Notes: generated by a model from the sequence alone, not told the origin. A stretch of DNA of 64,000 bases from Fibrobacter sp. (GCA_045600425.1 JAZRXW010000064.1:15989-79988), one strand, 5' to 3'. Positions 1 to 10,348 are shown, counted from the first letter of the stretch. A program made the numbers and translations.

Positions 1-124
1 TACGACTCTGGTTGATATCCACAACGGTAACCTTGACATCAGGACACTTGTCGGCAATAACAGTCATAGTGGGGCCACCGACATAGCCCGCGCCAATGCA
101 AAGAATCTTTGTAGTAAAACTCAT
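1..124 (-). CDS. ugd: UDP-glucose 6-dehydrogenase, N-terminal fragment (runs off the left edge of the window)
   Basis: Not in the ORF track. Manual translation from ATG at 124 gives [41 protein letters not shown], with the Rossmann GxGxxG motif typical of UDP-glucose dehydrogenases. Confidence 0.9.
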   Translation of the reverse strand, partial: MSFTTKILCIGAGYVGGPTMTVIADKCPDVKVTVVDINQSR

Positions 125-278
125 AATACCCCAAATGTAGATAATTTCAACTATACGTCCTACGTAAAATTAGGCTTAGGCTATTCTACGTTAGACAATA
201 AGATTTTCGTCACATTTTTTCCGCATCTTTTCGTTCCCAGAATGTTCTCGTTTCTTACAAAATTCTACCAGAAATAAC

Positions 279-3095
279 CTATCGGAACTGAGCCTTCAGA
301 CTCACCCCTTTTTCGGGAAGAATAATACGGGACGCATCGGTAACACCATCGCTCCACTGAACAAACACATGTCCGGGCTTTGGAACCGCGGTCAACTCCA
401 CAGGAAGACCATCAAAGAAATTGATATCCATAGATTCACGGTCCAATTCAAGCCCACAAACAGACAAGGTTCCACCCCCGTCCGCAGCAAGTACCATGGG
501 AACAAGGGTACCTAAATCAAAGAACTCCCTCAGTTCTGCAAGTATTACCCCAGGGCGGTTCTGCGCAAAGCTGTAAATAGTCTTCAACTGGGAATCAAAC
601 CAGTTGACCTTATGCCCCCAAAGCCTCTGGTCCCTGGGAATTTCTCCCTGAATATCGCCCATCAGCTTATCAATTCTAGACTTTACCCTAGAACTTTCAA
701 AATTCATAGACAAAAGAACGGACATTCGGTTTATAAAAGCGTTCTTAAAAGAGTCGTTTTCAAGAAGTCTACGCAACAGCAATGTAGACGCAGGGCCGTT
801 AGGCCATGAATCCCCATCTTCTGCCGTAGCAAATTCAAAAATATTGTTCTTGAACTGGCTCATATTCGTCCCAAATCCAAAATCCGTATCGTAAATAAAC
901 CACTTCCAAAGGGTCTTAGGATCGCTGCTACGCCATTTCTTCAAATTATTGCTGGGCCAATCCCGGTTATTCACAAACAATTCCGTCTGGACATAATTCA
1001 TGAAATTATCCACATCCATCTGGGCGGCCACCTTGGCATAATTTTCCGCCTTGTCCAGATGGTTATCTTCAAGCCAGGACATCATCGCCTGATACTCGGC
1101 CCCTGATCCGTTGGATGCCGAATTGTCGGCTTTGAGCAAGTCAATTTTCTTCGGGTCCATGCCGTAATGAGTCTCGAAATAGTATTCCGTGGAACGTTCC
1201 CGAATATTGTGGATTCCATAGTATTCCCCATTGTAGAACACCACGGCAGCCCTTCCCCGCTGGTAATCCACCCCAAGACCTTCCGAAATCGAAGAGGCAA
1301 GCATATCACGGATATAGTCATTCCCGAAATTGCTTCCATTACACCTTAGGATAAACGCCTTAAAGGATTTCAACACCGGAAATTCCGGGAACAGCGGATA
1401 TTCCAAGCGGTTTTCCCCATATTTTTCCCTGAAGGTTACCGCCACCGATTTTTTCGCATTCATTCGGCTGTAATTTCCAAAGATGGAAAGTCCTGCATCT
1501 TTTGAAAAGTCGGGCTGTCTAGAGCCAACTTCCAGCAATTCCACATGGACAGGGATTTCTTTATCCCACCAATAGTTTGCACCGTAGTGAGGATCAGCAT
1601 CCTGAGCATAGTAGCCCTCAGCATAAATTCCCGAATCCTGGCTAAAAAGAGAACCCGGATCCGCGGTGACAAAAATCGCGGGAACCGTAGAAGCATCTTC
1701 AAAAATGTAGGTGCGGGTCATGACTTTTCCAGGAAGGGTACCGGGAACCATACTTCTACAGCGAAGCACCTGCGTTTTTTCGATTCCAAGAAGGGTTATT
1801 TCCGGGCTATTCTCGTCAGGAACCTTGCCGCCCACATGGCAGCGGATATTCATTCCCTCGGGGAAAGACACCACAAAGGGTTCTTTATAAAAACCTGAAG
1901 GAGGCAGCTGCGTCAAGGAATCCAGAGCGGGCGACCGCACAGAAACTACAGCCTGCTCGGCAAATCCATAGGGAGAAGGCTCCCCGAAGCCCCATCCCGC
2001 CTCAGACGACTCACCCGCAGAAACAACACCGTATGACCAGCTCTTTCCCGCAGGAATTTCAGGATAGTTGAGGGAAGCCATGACCTGACCCGCCTCGTCC
2101 ATCAAGTAAAGGGAACCTCCCTCTTTCTTTGCCTTGAAGGAGGCGTGAGGTTCATGACCGCGATTGCGGGCCAAATAGCTAAATACCTTTACCGTCACTT
2201 CCTGAGACTCCTTGGACTCAGGGCTCATGCGGGTACCGTAAATATTTTTCAAATCTGGGAACGAGACTCCAGCAGGAAGCGTCGCCCGATACACCGTAGA
2301 AGAGTCTCCCGTTCCCGTAAAGACAAATTCATAACCTTGCCAGTCATCCACATCGGGCTGGGCCAAGCGGAAAGAAACCTTACGGTCCTTGGTAATATAG
2401 GCTTGCATCAAGATTTCATTTGCCGATGAAATATCCTGAACATCTTCCTTGTCGCTGGAACCTGTACCCACAAATACCGAAATAGACGACCAGCCCAATT
2501 CAGCATTGTCGCCAAACTTCATCACAGAGCCAAACTGACGCTTTGAATCGCTGGTAAAACAAATTTTTTTATAGCCGGGAAGCAAATTGGCATAGCTGAA
2601 ACCTGCCACAGGTTCCGCCTGGCTATCAGTCCATTTCCAGCAGCCTGTTCCAACCATTTCCATCGTGTCCGAGGGAGCTACATAATCGGGCAAATCCTTT
2701 CCCGAAAGGAACACCAGCACATAACCTTGGGGAGGAACCACTACGTTTCCAAATTTCCACTTGGTAGGCTTATCCAACTTGTTGGTCAGATATTTTCCTG
2801 CAAGGTCTACAGGCTCATTGGATGTATTAAAAATTTCAACCCAGCCGCCGTCATCGCCCTCATGGTCCTCATAAACCAGGTTGGTGGGGTCGATTTCCGT
2901 AAACATCAAGGGGCCGTTAGATTGGGAGACGGAATCTGCCGCAGAATCGGAAGGGGTATTTTCCGACGGCACTGAATCAGGTGCCACATGGGGGGTATAG
3001 GCCACATCATCGGTACAAGCCATCAACCCGCCCAAAAAGGCAGGCAAGGCCACAGCAAGACCCGAAAAACGAAGTAATCCCTTAAACAAATCCAT
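279..3095 (-). CDS. CotH kinase-family lipoprotein with lamin-tail domain (LTD)
   Basis: Lipobox-like LMAC. LTD motifs FTEIDP...WVEIFN...YLTN...KWKF. CotH motifs YNGEYYGIHNIRER, NRDWPSNNLKKWR, WKWFIYDTDFGFG. Confidence 0.85.
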   Translation of the reverse strand: MDLFKGLLRFSGLAVALPAFLGGLMACTDDVAYTPHVAPDSVPSENTPSDSAADSVSQSNGPLMFTEIDPTNLVYEDHEGDDGGWVEIFNTSNEPVDLAGKYLTNKLDKPTKWKFGNVVVPPQGYVLVFLSGKDLPDYVAPSDTMEMVGTGCWKWTDSQAEPVAGFSYANLLPGYKKICFTSDSKRQFGSVMKFGDNAELGWSSISVFVGTGSSDKEDVQDISSANEILMQAYITKDRKVSFRLAQPDVDDWQGYEFVFTGTGDSSTVYRATLPAGVSFPDLKNIYGTRMSPESKESQEVTVKVFSYLARNRGHEPHASFKAKKEGGSLYLMDEAGQVMASLNYPEIPAGKSWSYGVVSAGESSEAGWGFGEPSPYGFAEQAVVSVRSPALDSLTQLPPSGFYKEPFVVSFPEGMNIRCHVGGKVPDENSPEITLLGIEKTQVLRCRSMVPGTLPGKVMTRTYIFEDASTVPAIFVTADPGSLFSQDSGIYAEGYYAQDADPHYGANYWWDKEIPVHVELLEVGSRQPDFSKDAGLSIFGNYSRMNAKKSVAVTFREKYGENRLEYPLFPEFPVLKSFKAFILRCNGSNFGNDYIRDMLASSISEGLGVDYQRGRAAVVFYNGEYYGIHNIRERSTEYYFETHYGMDPKKIDLLKADNSASNGSGAEYQAMMSWLEDNHLDKAENYAKVAAQMDVDNFMNYVQTELFVNNRDWPSNNLKKWRSSDPKTLWKWFIYDTDFGFGTNMSQFKNNIFEFATAEDGDSWPNGPASTLLLRRLLENDSFKNAFINRMSVLLSMNFESSRVKSRIDKLMGDIQGEIPRDQRLWGHKVNWFDSQLKTIYSFAQNRPGVILAELREFFDLGTLVPMVLAADGGGTLSVCGLELDRESMDINFFDGLPVELTAVPKPGHVFVQWSDGVTDASRIILPEKGVSLKAQFR

Positions 3096-3158
3096 CTTTC
3101 AACAATATATATGGATTTTTCCAAAAAAAAATATTAGGAATTAGATACAAACAAGGAT

Positions 3159-3992
3159 TTATTTGTCCCGGCGGGGTCTGCGGACAATAAACAGGGCGGC
3201 ACCCACCAAAACTAGCGTCACCGAAATAACCTTTCCAAGAGGAAACGCCTCCGAAAACACCAAGGCACCAGCAATCGTGGGAATTGCAGCCCCCACAGCG
3301 GCGCTAAAGGGGATGATAAACAAGGCTCGTCCTCGAGAAAAAGACACTTGAGAATACAAGAATGCAATTCCGTAAGTCACAACATATCCCAAGGTTCTAA
3401 AATCAAGAAGCAGCTCCCCTATCGAGGATAGCGAAACATGGTCAAGGTCAAAATCCATGGCCAGGCTCTTGTAAAAAGCCGCAGAAATCCCAAAGCCCAC
3501 TCCCATAATCAGGGAATCCGCAATTTCACGGTCTTTGCAGAACAAGTGAACCATCAAGACAATGCCACAGACGATTCCAGCAAAAGTCCAAAGCACAGGA
3601 ACATTCTGAACGCTGGTGACACCGCCAAGAGATTCCACGGAATACAAGAGGCCTGCCACCACAAAGCAGATCGCGACCACAATACGACGGGTCAGCACCT
3701 CTTTTAAGATGACAAAGCCCATCAGAGCCGTAAGTACAGGATTAAGCACCATCATAGGCTGCACCTGGCTCAAGTCATAGCGGGCCATGGCAATGTAGTA
3801 ACCGATGGTTGCAAATGCGGAACAAAGCATTCCAAGCCACCAGTAGCCATTGGACAAGACGCCCTTCAGGAACTGCCAAGGCTTAGATACGCCACCCGTT
3901 CGCTTACCCACGGTAGACACCCCGGATTTTTCCAGGATATTGCCGCAAGCAAAAAGAAAGGCAGGACCGATGGTTAGAAGAAGGAAAAGCAT
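3159..3992 (-). CDS. DMT/EamA-superfamily membrane protein
   Basis: About 9-10 hydrophobic segments. LSQVQPMMVLNPVLTALMGFVILKE is a DMT-type motif. Confidence 0.7.
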   Translation of the reverse strand: MLFLLLTIGPAFLFACGNILEKSGVSTVGKRTGGVSKPWQFLKGVLSNGYWWLGMLCSAFATIGYYIAMARYDLSQVQPMMVLNPVLTALMGFVILKEVLTRRIVVAICFVVAGLLYSVESLGGVTSVQNVPVLWTFAGIVCGIVLMVHLFCKDREIADSLIMGVGFGISAAFYKSLAMDFDLDHVSLSSIGELLLDFRTLGYVVTYGIAFLYSQVSFSRGRALFIIPFSAAVGAAIPTIAGALVFSEAFPLGKVISVTLVLVGAALFIVRRPRRDK

Positions 3993-4000
3993 CTTGATTT

Positions 4001-4202
4001 AATTATGAATTATGAATGAAGAATGAAAGGTGAAGGATGAAAGATGAAAGATGAAAGATGAAGAATGAAAGGTGAAGGATGAAGGATGAAAGATGAAAGA
4101 TGAAAGATGAAGGATGAAGGATGAAGGATGAAGATATTTCGCGGCGAAGCCGCCTTACTTAACAATTGTTAATTGTTAATTGTTAATTGTTCATTGTTCA
4201 TT
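4001..4202. repeat. Bipartite heptamer tandem array around a GCGGC-GAA-GCCGC mini-hairpin
   Basis: 2x AATTATG (4001-4014), 17x RTGAARR (4016-4134), hairpin (4141-4153), then 5.5x (A/C)ATTGTT (4164-4202). Confidence 0.95.
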
Positions 4203-6566
4203 TCAAAGTTTGTCGTATATTTCCTGGTAAATCCAATAGTTGCCCATGACTCGTTTTACGTAATCACGGGTTTCACGATAGCTGATTTCTTCAGATCGAA
4301 TATCCCACGGCAGGTGACCGCTGGCGGCTTGCCAACGTTTGGTAGGCTTAGGTCCTGCATTGTAGTTCCCCAGCACATACATATAGTCATCCTTATAAGC
4401 CGCCTTCAGGTCCACCAGGTAGCGGATACCCAGACGGATGTTCAAATAAGGATTGTAAAGCTGTTTCGAATCAAAGTTGGGAATGTTTTCCTGCTTGGCC
4501 AGCATCTTGCCAGTAGAGGGCATAATTTGCAGCAAACCGCAAGCTCCTGCAGGAGAGGCAATTTCAAAATTGAAGATGGATTCCTGACGCATGACGCTGT
4601 AAATAAAGAAGGGGTCAATGCGGGTTCCGGAGTGGAACTTCACCTGATCTTTGAAAGGTGTAGGATAGAGATAGTGAAGTACAGCCAGAGGCGGCTCCAG
4701 CAAAAGGCGTCTATCGATGTTTGCCTGGAACTGGCGGGCTAAACGGTAACCGGCAGCAATTTCACCCATATCGTAGAACAGCTTCCCATATTCATAAAGG
4801 AAATCCAAGCGCTTGGCGTTTTTCTTGCGGGCCTCGTCATAAAGATTAAAGGCATGGTCGCTGAAACCGTACAAGAACAAGTTCCTAATGCGTTCATAAC
4901 GTTCCGGGCTATAGCTGGAATCCGGTTTACCCGCATTCTGGGACTTGCGAATCCAAGCCAAAGTCTCTTCATCGGACATGGGAATACCATGAGCAAAAGG
5001 CACCGCGGCAGAATCCATCAATTTAGATTCCACCAACTTTACACGACTGCGATGAGCATAAGAAGAAAGGGGGAAATCACGAATGCAATCCAGGTAAGCT
5101 TCGCGAGCCAAGGAATCCTGTCCCAACTTCATGTAGGCATCCCCGAGGAACATACGGGCGCCACTACTGCTCCAGCGGTCATTTTCAGACTTGGCTTCCT
5201 TGAACATATTAACCGCATTCTGCCACTGTTCCATCTTGAAATAGACAAAGCCCATACGGAACTTAGCCCAAGAACGGAAACTGCTCTTTCCATAACGTTT
5301 GTCGGAAAGTTCCTTATAGCAAACCAATGCACTATCCAGTTTGTCCGCCTGTTCATAGTCAAATCCGCGACGCCACAGATTGTCGCCAGTACTCTTGCTG
5401 TACTTGCTCACCACCTGCAGTTTGGAATCGTAGCTGCGAATAGTTTTAGCGTACTTGGTGGAGTTTACAGTACGCATACGCTTCAGTGCTGTTTCAATCC
5501 AGTCCTTACGGGCCTCCACGGAGTCCACCAAGAAACAGTACTGCTTAATAGCCTCTTCTTCACGGCCCAGATTACGGAGCACCGCCCCGCGCTTTTCCCA
5601 CAGGGCAATACGTTCAGCCATTGTCAAGGTACTAGGGGCAAGCTTGCTTTGGAGAGAATCATCCGGCAAAGCCTGTGCACTTTCGGGATTTTTTGCAAGC
5701 AATGCCGCGTCCAAAATATTGATAGAATCCAACAAGGACAAGCAAGCGGAAGCTTCTTCCTTACCGCAGGCGATTCTTGCATAAGCCACCTTTTCGCTTA
5801 AGGATTCAGGAGCAACCCTTTCCTGGCGAAGGCGCTTAATAGAAGCAAATGCAGAATCCTTATAGGCAGCACTGGTCAAGAGCTGCATGTACATTTTCTT
5901 TGCGTCCTTGGTTTTCTTGAAGCTCTCCAAATACTTGGCGTAACGGAACTTGAAAGCGGCGGTTTCATCGGCCTTCGGGTATTTATCAATAAAAGCCTTC
6001 AAAGAATCTGCATGTGCCTTGTCGCTCACTTTACCTTCCAAGGCCAAGGAACGAATACGCAATAAGTCTGCCTGCTTCATCCATACGGAATTCTTTTCCT
6101 GGGACTTGTCCAAGGCAAGCGTTTCTCGCATCTTGGCAAAATCCCCTTGATTGAACTTTGCGGTTGCCATGCGGAGAATGACACTACCATTCAGGGAGGA
6201 CTCTCTACCCCGCAAAGAATCGTAAGCAGCAAAGGCGTTTTCCCAATCGCCCTTATAATAGAACTGGGCGGCGGAGGCAAAGTCACGGACGTTCTTGGGC
6301 AAAGAAGAATCTTCGCTGGCGGCTTTTACGCGATTATACCGAACTTCCACATCCTGAAACGCCTTGGGATCAATTTGTTCCAACTGTTCGTAAGGATTTT
6401 CCGCCATAGGGATTTCTACAGAGGAGGCAGCCACTGAGCTATCTGTAACATCGCTCAAGTTTACCGAGGAAGAAGACGTTTCCACAGAAGAGGAACTTAA
6501 AGTCTGAGAGACGGCAACAACACCTGCCGAGCAAATGCCTAGTAGGATTAAAAGATTTCGAATCAT
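4203..6566 (-). CDS. Soluble lytic transglycosylase (Slt-like) with TPR region
   Basis: C-terminal SLT motifs VMRQES, GACGLLQIMP, YNAGP, ETRDYVKRV. Helical TPR-like repeats. ATG at 6566, 7 nt after the ptsI stop, is preferred over TTG at 6593. Confidence 0.9.
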   Translation of the reverse strand: MIRNLLILLGICSAGVVAVSQTLSSSSVETSSSSVNLSDVTDSSVAASSVEIPMAENPYEQLEQIDPKAFQDVEVRYNRVKAASEDSSLPKNVRDFASAAQFYYKGDWENAFAAYDSLRGRESSLNGSVILRMATAKFNQGDFAKMRETLALDKSQEKNSVWMKQADLLRIRSLALEGKVSDKAHADSLKAFIDKYPKADETAAFKFRYAKYLESFKKTKDAKKMYMQLLTSAAYKDSAFASIKRLRQERVAPESLSEKVAYARIACGKEEASACLSLLDSINILDAALLAKNPESAQALPDDSLQSKLAPSTLTMAERIALWEKRGAVLRNLGREEEAIKQYCFLVDSVEARKDWIETALKRMRTVNSTKYAKTIRSYDSKLQVVSKYSKSTGDNLWRRGFDYEQADKLDSALVCYKELSDKRYGKSSFRSWAKFRMGFVYFKMEQWQNAVNMFKEAKSENDRWSSSGARMFLGDAYMKLGQDSLAREAYLDCIRDFPLSSYAHRSRVKLVESKLMDSAAVPFAHGIPMSDEETLAWIRKSQNAGKPDSSYSPERYERIRNLFLYGFSDHAFNLYDEARKKNAKRLDFLYEYGKLFYDMGEIAAGYRLARQFQANIDRRLLLEPPLAVLHYLYPTPFKDQVKFHSGTRIDPFFIYSVMRQESIFNFEIASPAGACGLLQIMPSTGKMLAKQENIPNFDSKQLYNPYLNIRLGIRYLVDLKAAYKDDYMYVLGNYNAGPKPTKRWQAASGHLPWDIRSEEISYRETRDYVKRVMGNYWIYQEIYDKL

Positions 6567-6573
6567 TTTCTTT

Positions 6574-8403
6574 CTATTTAGCGTTCTTTTCAACTTGACC
6601 TACAAAGCTCGAGATGCCAAGATCCATAATCGTCTGTGCATACTTTTTGCGCAAGTAGGCATTTACACTTTCGGAGTCGTCCATCTGCAAAACCGTCAGA
6701 GCCGTATCGCGGACATCTTCAAAATTGATGGAGCGAATAATCTTCTTTGTGGACATGACACTCCAAAGCGTCATGGAAAGTTCATCAACGCCAAGACCCA
6801 CTAGCAACAAAACGCTCATGGGGTCGGCACTCATTTCACCGCAAACAGCCACAGGAATGCCTTCACGATGGGCTGCCTGGACGGTCTGGTAAATCATACT
6901 CAGCACCGCCGGATGGTGCGGCTGGAACATATCCGTAATCAATTCGTTAGTACGGTCCACTGCCAAGGTAAACTGGATCAAGTCGTTCGTTCCGATACTA
7001 AAGAAGTCCACTTCCTTTGCAAGTTTATCTACAATCATCACTGCAGAGGGAACTTCGATCATCACGCCAATCTTGACTTTAGCACACTTCTTTCCTGTAG
7101 AAGCCTCCACCTCCGCACGGCAGCGCTTAATACATTCCTTGGCACGACGCAATTCTGTCATGCTGGAAATCATAGGCAGCAAAATACGGAGATTGCCCTT
7201 GGTATTTGCCAAAAGCAAAGCCTTCAACTGGGTACAGAAAATATCTTCCCGGTCCAAGCAAACGCGGATTGAGCGCCAGCCCATAAAGGGATTGGATTCG
7301 CTAACAGCGTTAATACCGCTGACCAACTTATCCCCACCAGCGTCCAAGGTTCGAATCACCACCGGACAAGGATGCATAGTTTCAAGAATGTATCGGTAGG
7401 CATCCCGCTGTTCGTCTTGAGTGGGAGCATCCTTACGAAGGAACAAAAATTCGGAACGATAAAGACCTATACCTGTAGCACCAAAGTCCATCACCTTGTC
7501 TGCTTCGGCAGGCAATTCAATGTTGGCATGTAACGTGATATACTTGCCATCGCGGGTCATAGGCTCCAGCTGTCGCATGGTAAACAACTCGCGACGCTGG
7601 CGTTCAAATACTTCTTGACGCTTGTGAAAATCCTTGATATCATCATCATTTGGATTCACAATAACGGTTCCATTGGAACCGTCTACAATCACGGTATCGT
7701 GGGGCTTGATGACCACAGAGGAATTGCGCAAGCCAGACACCAAAGGAATCTGTAAAGACCTGGCAAGAATCGCCACGTGGCTAGTACGTCCACCCGTATC
7801 CATCACCAAGCCGCTGACCTGTCCCGGTTTCAAGGACATCAGCAAGCTAGGCAAAAGCTCGTGGCCCACCAGCACAACACCGTCCTCATAAGCCACATCC
7901 TCCAGCACAGGTCCGGAGTCTTCCATGGCCGCCATGAGACGGTTATACAAGTCACGCAAGTCCGTAGCCTTATCCCGCATGGCAGCCGAATTAATAGCTT
8001 CGAACTTTTCTATATAGGCTCCTAGAACCACATGTACAGCCCAGCGGGCGTTCTTATGGTCCTTACGGATTTTTTCAATAATTCCGTTAACCAGACCCGG
8101 ATCCTGCAGGATCATCAGGTGAGTTGCAAAAATAAGGCTATCCTTAACGCCGGTACGACCTTCAGAAATTTCCTTAATCTGGGCAATTTCCTTGGATGTC
8201 TTACTAACGGCTTTCAAAAACAGCTGTTCTTCATCGGGAATGCGGCTTTCGGGAAGTGTTTCCTCCACCACCGCAACTTCGCGGTTTGTAACCGGAAAAA
8301 CCCGGCCCATTGCAAAGCCGGGAGACGCAGGCACACCAGTCAGGACAGTCCGTACCGGTTGCGGGTCTCTGTTATTAGCAGGGTTCTTCGTTGAAGTGGT
8401 CAT
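6574..8403 (-). CDS. ptsI: Phosphoenolpyruvate-protein phosphotransferase (PTS enzyme I)
   Basis: GGRTSHVAILAR (phospho-His), GLYRSEFLF, NPFMGWRSIR, FSIGTNDLIQF, CGEM. Confidence 0.97.
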   Translation of the reverse strand: MTTSTKNPANNRDPQPVRTVLTGVPASPGFAMGRVFPVTNREVAVVEETLPESRIPDEEQLFLKAVSKTSKEIAQIKEISEGRTGVKDSLIFATHLMILQDPGLVNGIIEKIRKDHKNARWAVHVVLGAYIEKFEAINSAAMRDKATDLRDLYNRLMAAMEDSGPVLEDVAYEDGVVLVGHELLPSLLMSLKPGQVSGLVMDTGGRTSHVAILARSLQIPLVSGLRNSSVVIKPHDTVIVDGSNGTVIVNPNDDDIKDFHKRQEVFERQRRELFTMRQLEPMTRDGKYITLHANIELPAEADKVMDFGATGIGLYRSEFLFLRKDAPTQDEQRDAYRYILETMHPCPVVIRTLDAGGDKLVSGINAVSESNPFMGWRSIRVCLDREDIFCTQLKALLLANTKGNLRILLPMISSMTELRRAKECIKRCRAEVEASTGKKCAKVKIGVMIEVPSAVMIVDKLAKEVDFFSIGTNDLIQFTLAVDRTNELITDMFQPHHPAVLSMIYQTVQAAHREGIPVAVCGEMSADPMSVLLLVGLGVDELSMTLWSVMSTKKIIRSINFEDVRDTALTVLQMDDSESVNAYLRKKYAQTIMDLGISSFVGQVEKNAK

Positions 8404-8647
8404 TGAACAAGGCTTCTAGCTGGGAGGCAACGTTTTCTTCATCTTCACCGTCAATTTCGAACTTCACTTCGGAACCTGCGGGAATAGCAAGCATCATCAC
8501 GTTCAAAATACTCTTGGCATTAGCCTTAGAGCCTTCAAACACAATGGAGACGTCACTTTGAGCCTGGCCAGTCACATCCACAATCATACCGGCAGGTCTA
8601 GCGTGAATACCCAACTTATTGGTGACCACTAAAGTCTTTACTATCAT
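8375..8647 (-). CDS. ptsH: Phosphocarrier protein HPr
   Basis: GIHARPA (His15) and NAKSILNVM (Ser46). 90 aa; overlaps ptsI. Confidence 0.97.
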   Translation of the reverse strand: MIVKTLVVTNKLGIHARPAGMIVDVTGQAQSDVSIVFEGSKANAKSILNVMMLAIPAGSEVKFEIDGEDEENVASQLEALFNDHFNEEPC

Positions 8648-8655
8648 CTTTTTCC

Positions 8656-9576
8656 TCAGAAAATATCAACGTTGACATCCAGGCCATCCTTCAAGATGAC
8701 GCGGAACAGGCTATCGGCAGAATGAATCGTCTTGACCAAGTCGTCATGCAGAGCCTTATCGTTCAACAAAATACCGGCGGTGTTGTCCTTGGAGTTAATC
8801 TTGGACTGCACGTTGTTCAGCAGTTCGTCAAGATGCTTGGTTACACCATCAAGTTCACCCATGAGTTGGTTTGCGTTACCCATAACCTTTTCGGTACTGG
8901 CAAACATATTGTCGATGGGAGCCTTTACACCGTCAATCAATTCGTTCACCTTTACGGTAACCTGGTTCAAGCCAGCCAAGCTCTTTTTAATCTGAGGATC
9001 AGTAGTATTCAACAGAAGCATCATGCGATCTTCAAGGTTTTCCGCCTTTACAAGAAGGGTCTTGAAGCGATTTTGGAATTCCGGATTTACAATAGTCTGA
9101 TTCAGGGCTTCCTTCACGGATTCCAAAAGAACCTTCGTGCTGTCGCAAACTTCACCAGCTAGACCCAGGGCTTCTGCAATACCTGCATCGAACTGACCCG
9201 TAATCGTATCGCCCGGAGCAAAGTAGTTGGTTTCATCGCCAAGGATCATACCAATCTGGCGTTCACCCATGATACCGATGTTCTGCACTCGGATTTCAGA
9301 GTCCTTTGGAATCTTCACGTCGGTGCGAAGACGAACAGTCACCACCACTCGATGGCCAGACAACTCGATGGCCTCCACTTTACCAAGCTTCACGCCATTG
9401 ACTTTCACAGGGTCGTCAAGCACAAGGGTACTGACCTGAGTGAACCTCAGGTAGAAAGTGTTGTAAGTTTCTCGGGGATCCTTTTCGTTCAGGAAGAAGA
9501 TACCAAAGACCAAAATGACCAGGGCAAGGATAACCACCAGCCCTACAGAGAAATAAAGTGCAGAATTCTTTTTCAT
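8656..9576 (-). CDS. MlaD/MCE-family protein
   Basis: N-terminal TM helix, DPVKVNGVKLGKV and GIMGERQI MCE motifs, long helical C-terminal region. Confidence 0.88.
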   Translation of the reverse strand: MKKNSALYFSVGLVVILALVILVFGIFFLNEKDPRETYNTFYLRFTQVSTLVLDDPVKVNGVKLGKVEAIELSGHRVVVTVRLRTDVKIPKDSEIRVQNIGIMGERQIGMILGDETNYFAPGDTITGQFDAGIAEALGLAGEVCDSTKVLLESVKEALNQTIVNPEFQNRFKTLLVKAENLEDRMMLLLNTTDPQIKKSLAGLNQVTVKVNELIDGVKAPIDNMFASTEKVMGNANQLMGELDGVTKHLDELLNNVQSKINSKDNTAGILLNDKALHDDLVKTIHSADSLFRVILKDGLDVNVDIF

Positions 9577-9658
9577 TTGCGATTTAATCTAGCTATTCCC
9601 TCAGAAAAATGGGGAGCATACTCCCAGCTTTTGAGGGCTTATAGGCCTTAAAAGACAA

Positions 9659-10318
9659 TTATCCGTCAATTCTTGTGATGGGACTGTTATTTTCGATACC
9701 ATTTACATGGCGATCCAGCCAGTCGTAGAGCAAAGCGTCACGTTCTGCCTTGGGCAAAAGGAACTTTTCACGACCTTCCTTTTGCATGTACACGTCCAAA
9801 TATGTCATCAGGACGCCGCCTGCCACAGACACATTCATGGACTCCGTAATGCCATACTGAGGCAGTTTGAACTCGTAGTCAGCATGTGCCAAGGTATCCG
9901 GGTGGTTGCCGTGGAACTCACTGCCCAGGTAGAAGGCGGTGGGCTGGCTCAAATCCAAGTCCAGGACAGAGTTTGTAGTATTGGTGCTGGCCACGGCAAT
10001 CTTATAGCCCTTGGCACGAAGCTTTTCCATGCAAAGCATGCGCTTCTTGTACAGGTAAAGATTCATCCACTTGTAGGAGCCCTTCAAGATAGACTTGTTC
10101 ACGCTATAGGCATTGTCTTCTTCGATGATATGGACATCCTGCAAGCCAAAAACTTCTGCAGTACGAATCACGGCGGAAATATTATGGGGATCAAAAAGAT
10201 CTTCCAGCACCATGCAGAAATGCCTCGTACGGCGATCCACAACAGAGGTCAAAAGTTCCTTGCGACGGTCAGTGACACGGGCCAGTAAAGATTCTAAACT
10301 TTCCTTATTTTCGCTCAT
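9659..10318 (-). CDS. SpoU/TrmH-family RNA 2'-O-methyltransferase
   Basis: DPHNISAVIRTAEVFG, LGSEFHG and ESMNVSVA SPOUT motifs. Confidence 0.92.
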   Translation of the reverse strand: MSENKESLESLLARVTDRRKELLTSVVDRRTRHFCMVLEDLFDPHNISAVIRTAEVFGLQDVHIIEEDNAYSVNKSILKGSYKWMNLYLYKKRMLCMEKLRAKGYKIAVASTNTTNSVLDLDLSQPTAFYLGSEFHGNHPDTLAHADYEFKLPQYGITESMNVSVAGGVLMTYLDVYMQKEGREKFLLPKAERDALLYDWLDRHVNGIENNSPITRIDG

Positions 10319-10348
10319 ATTATCCTCTAATAAAATTCTTCGCCCTAA

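Noticed and set aside
4001-4202. Possible CRISPR array
   Set aside because: These are 7-bp tandem units with no unique spacers, and there are no cas genes.
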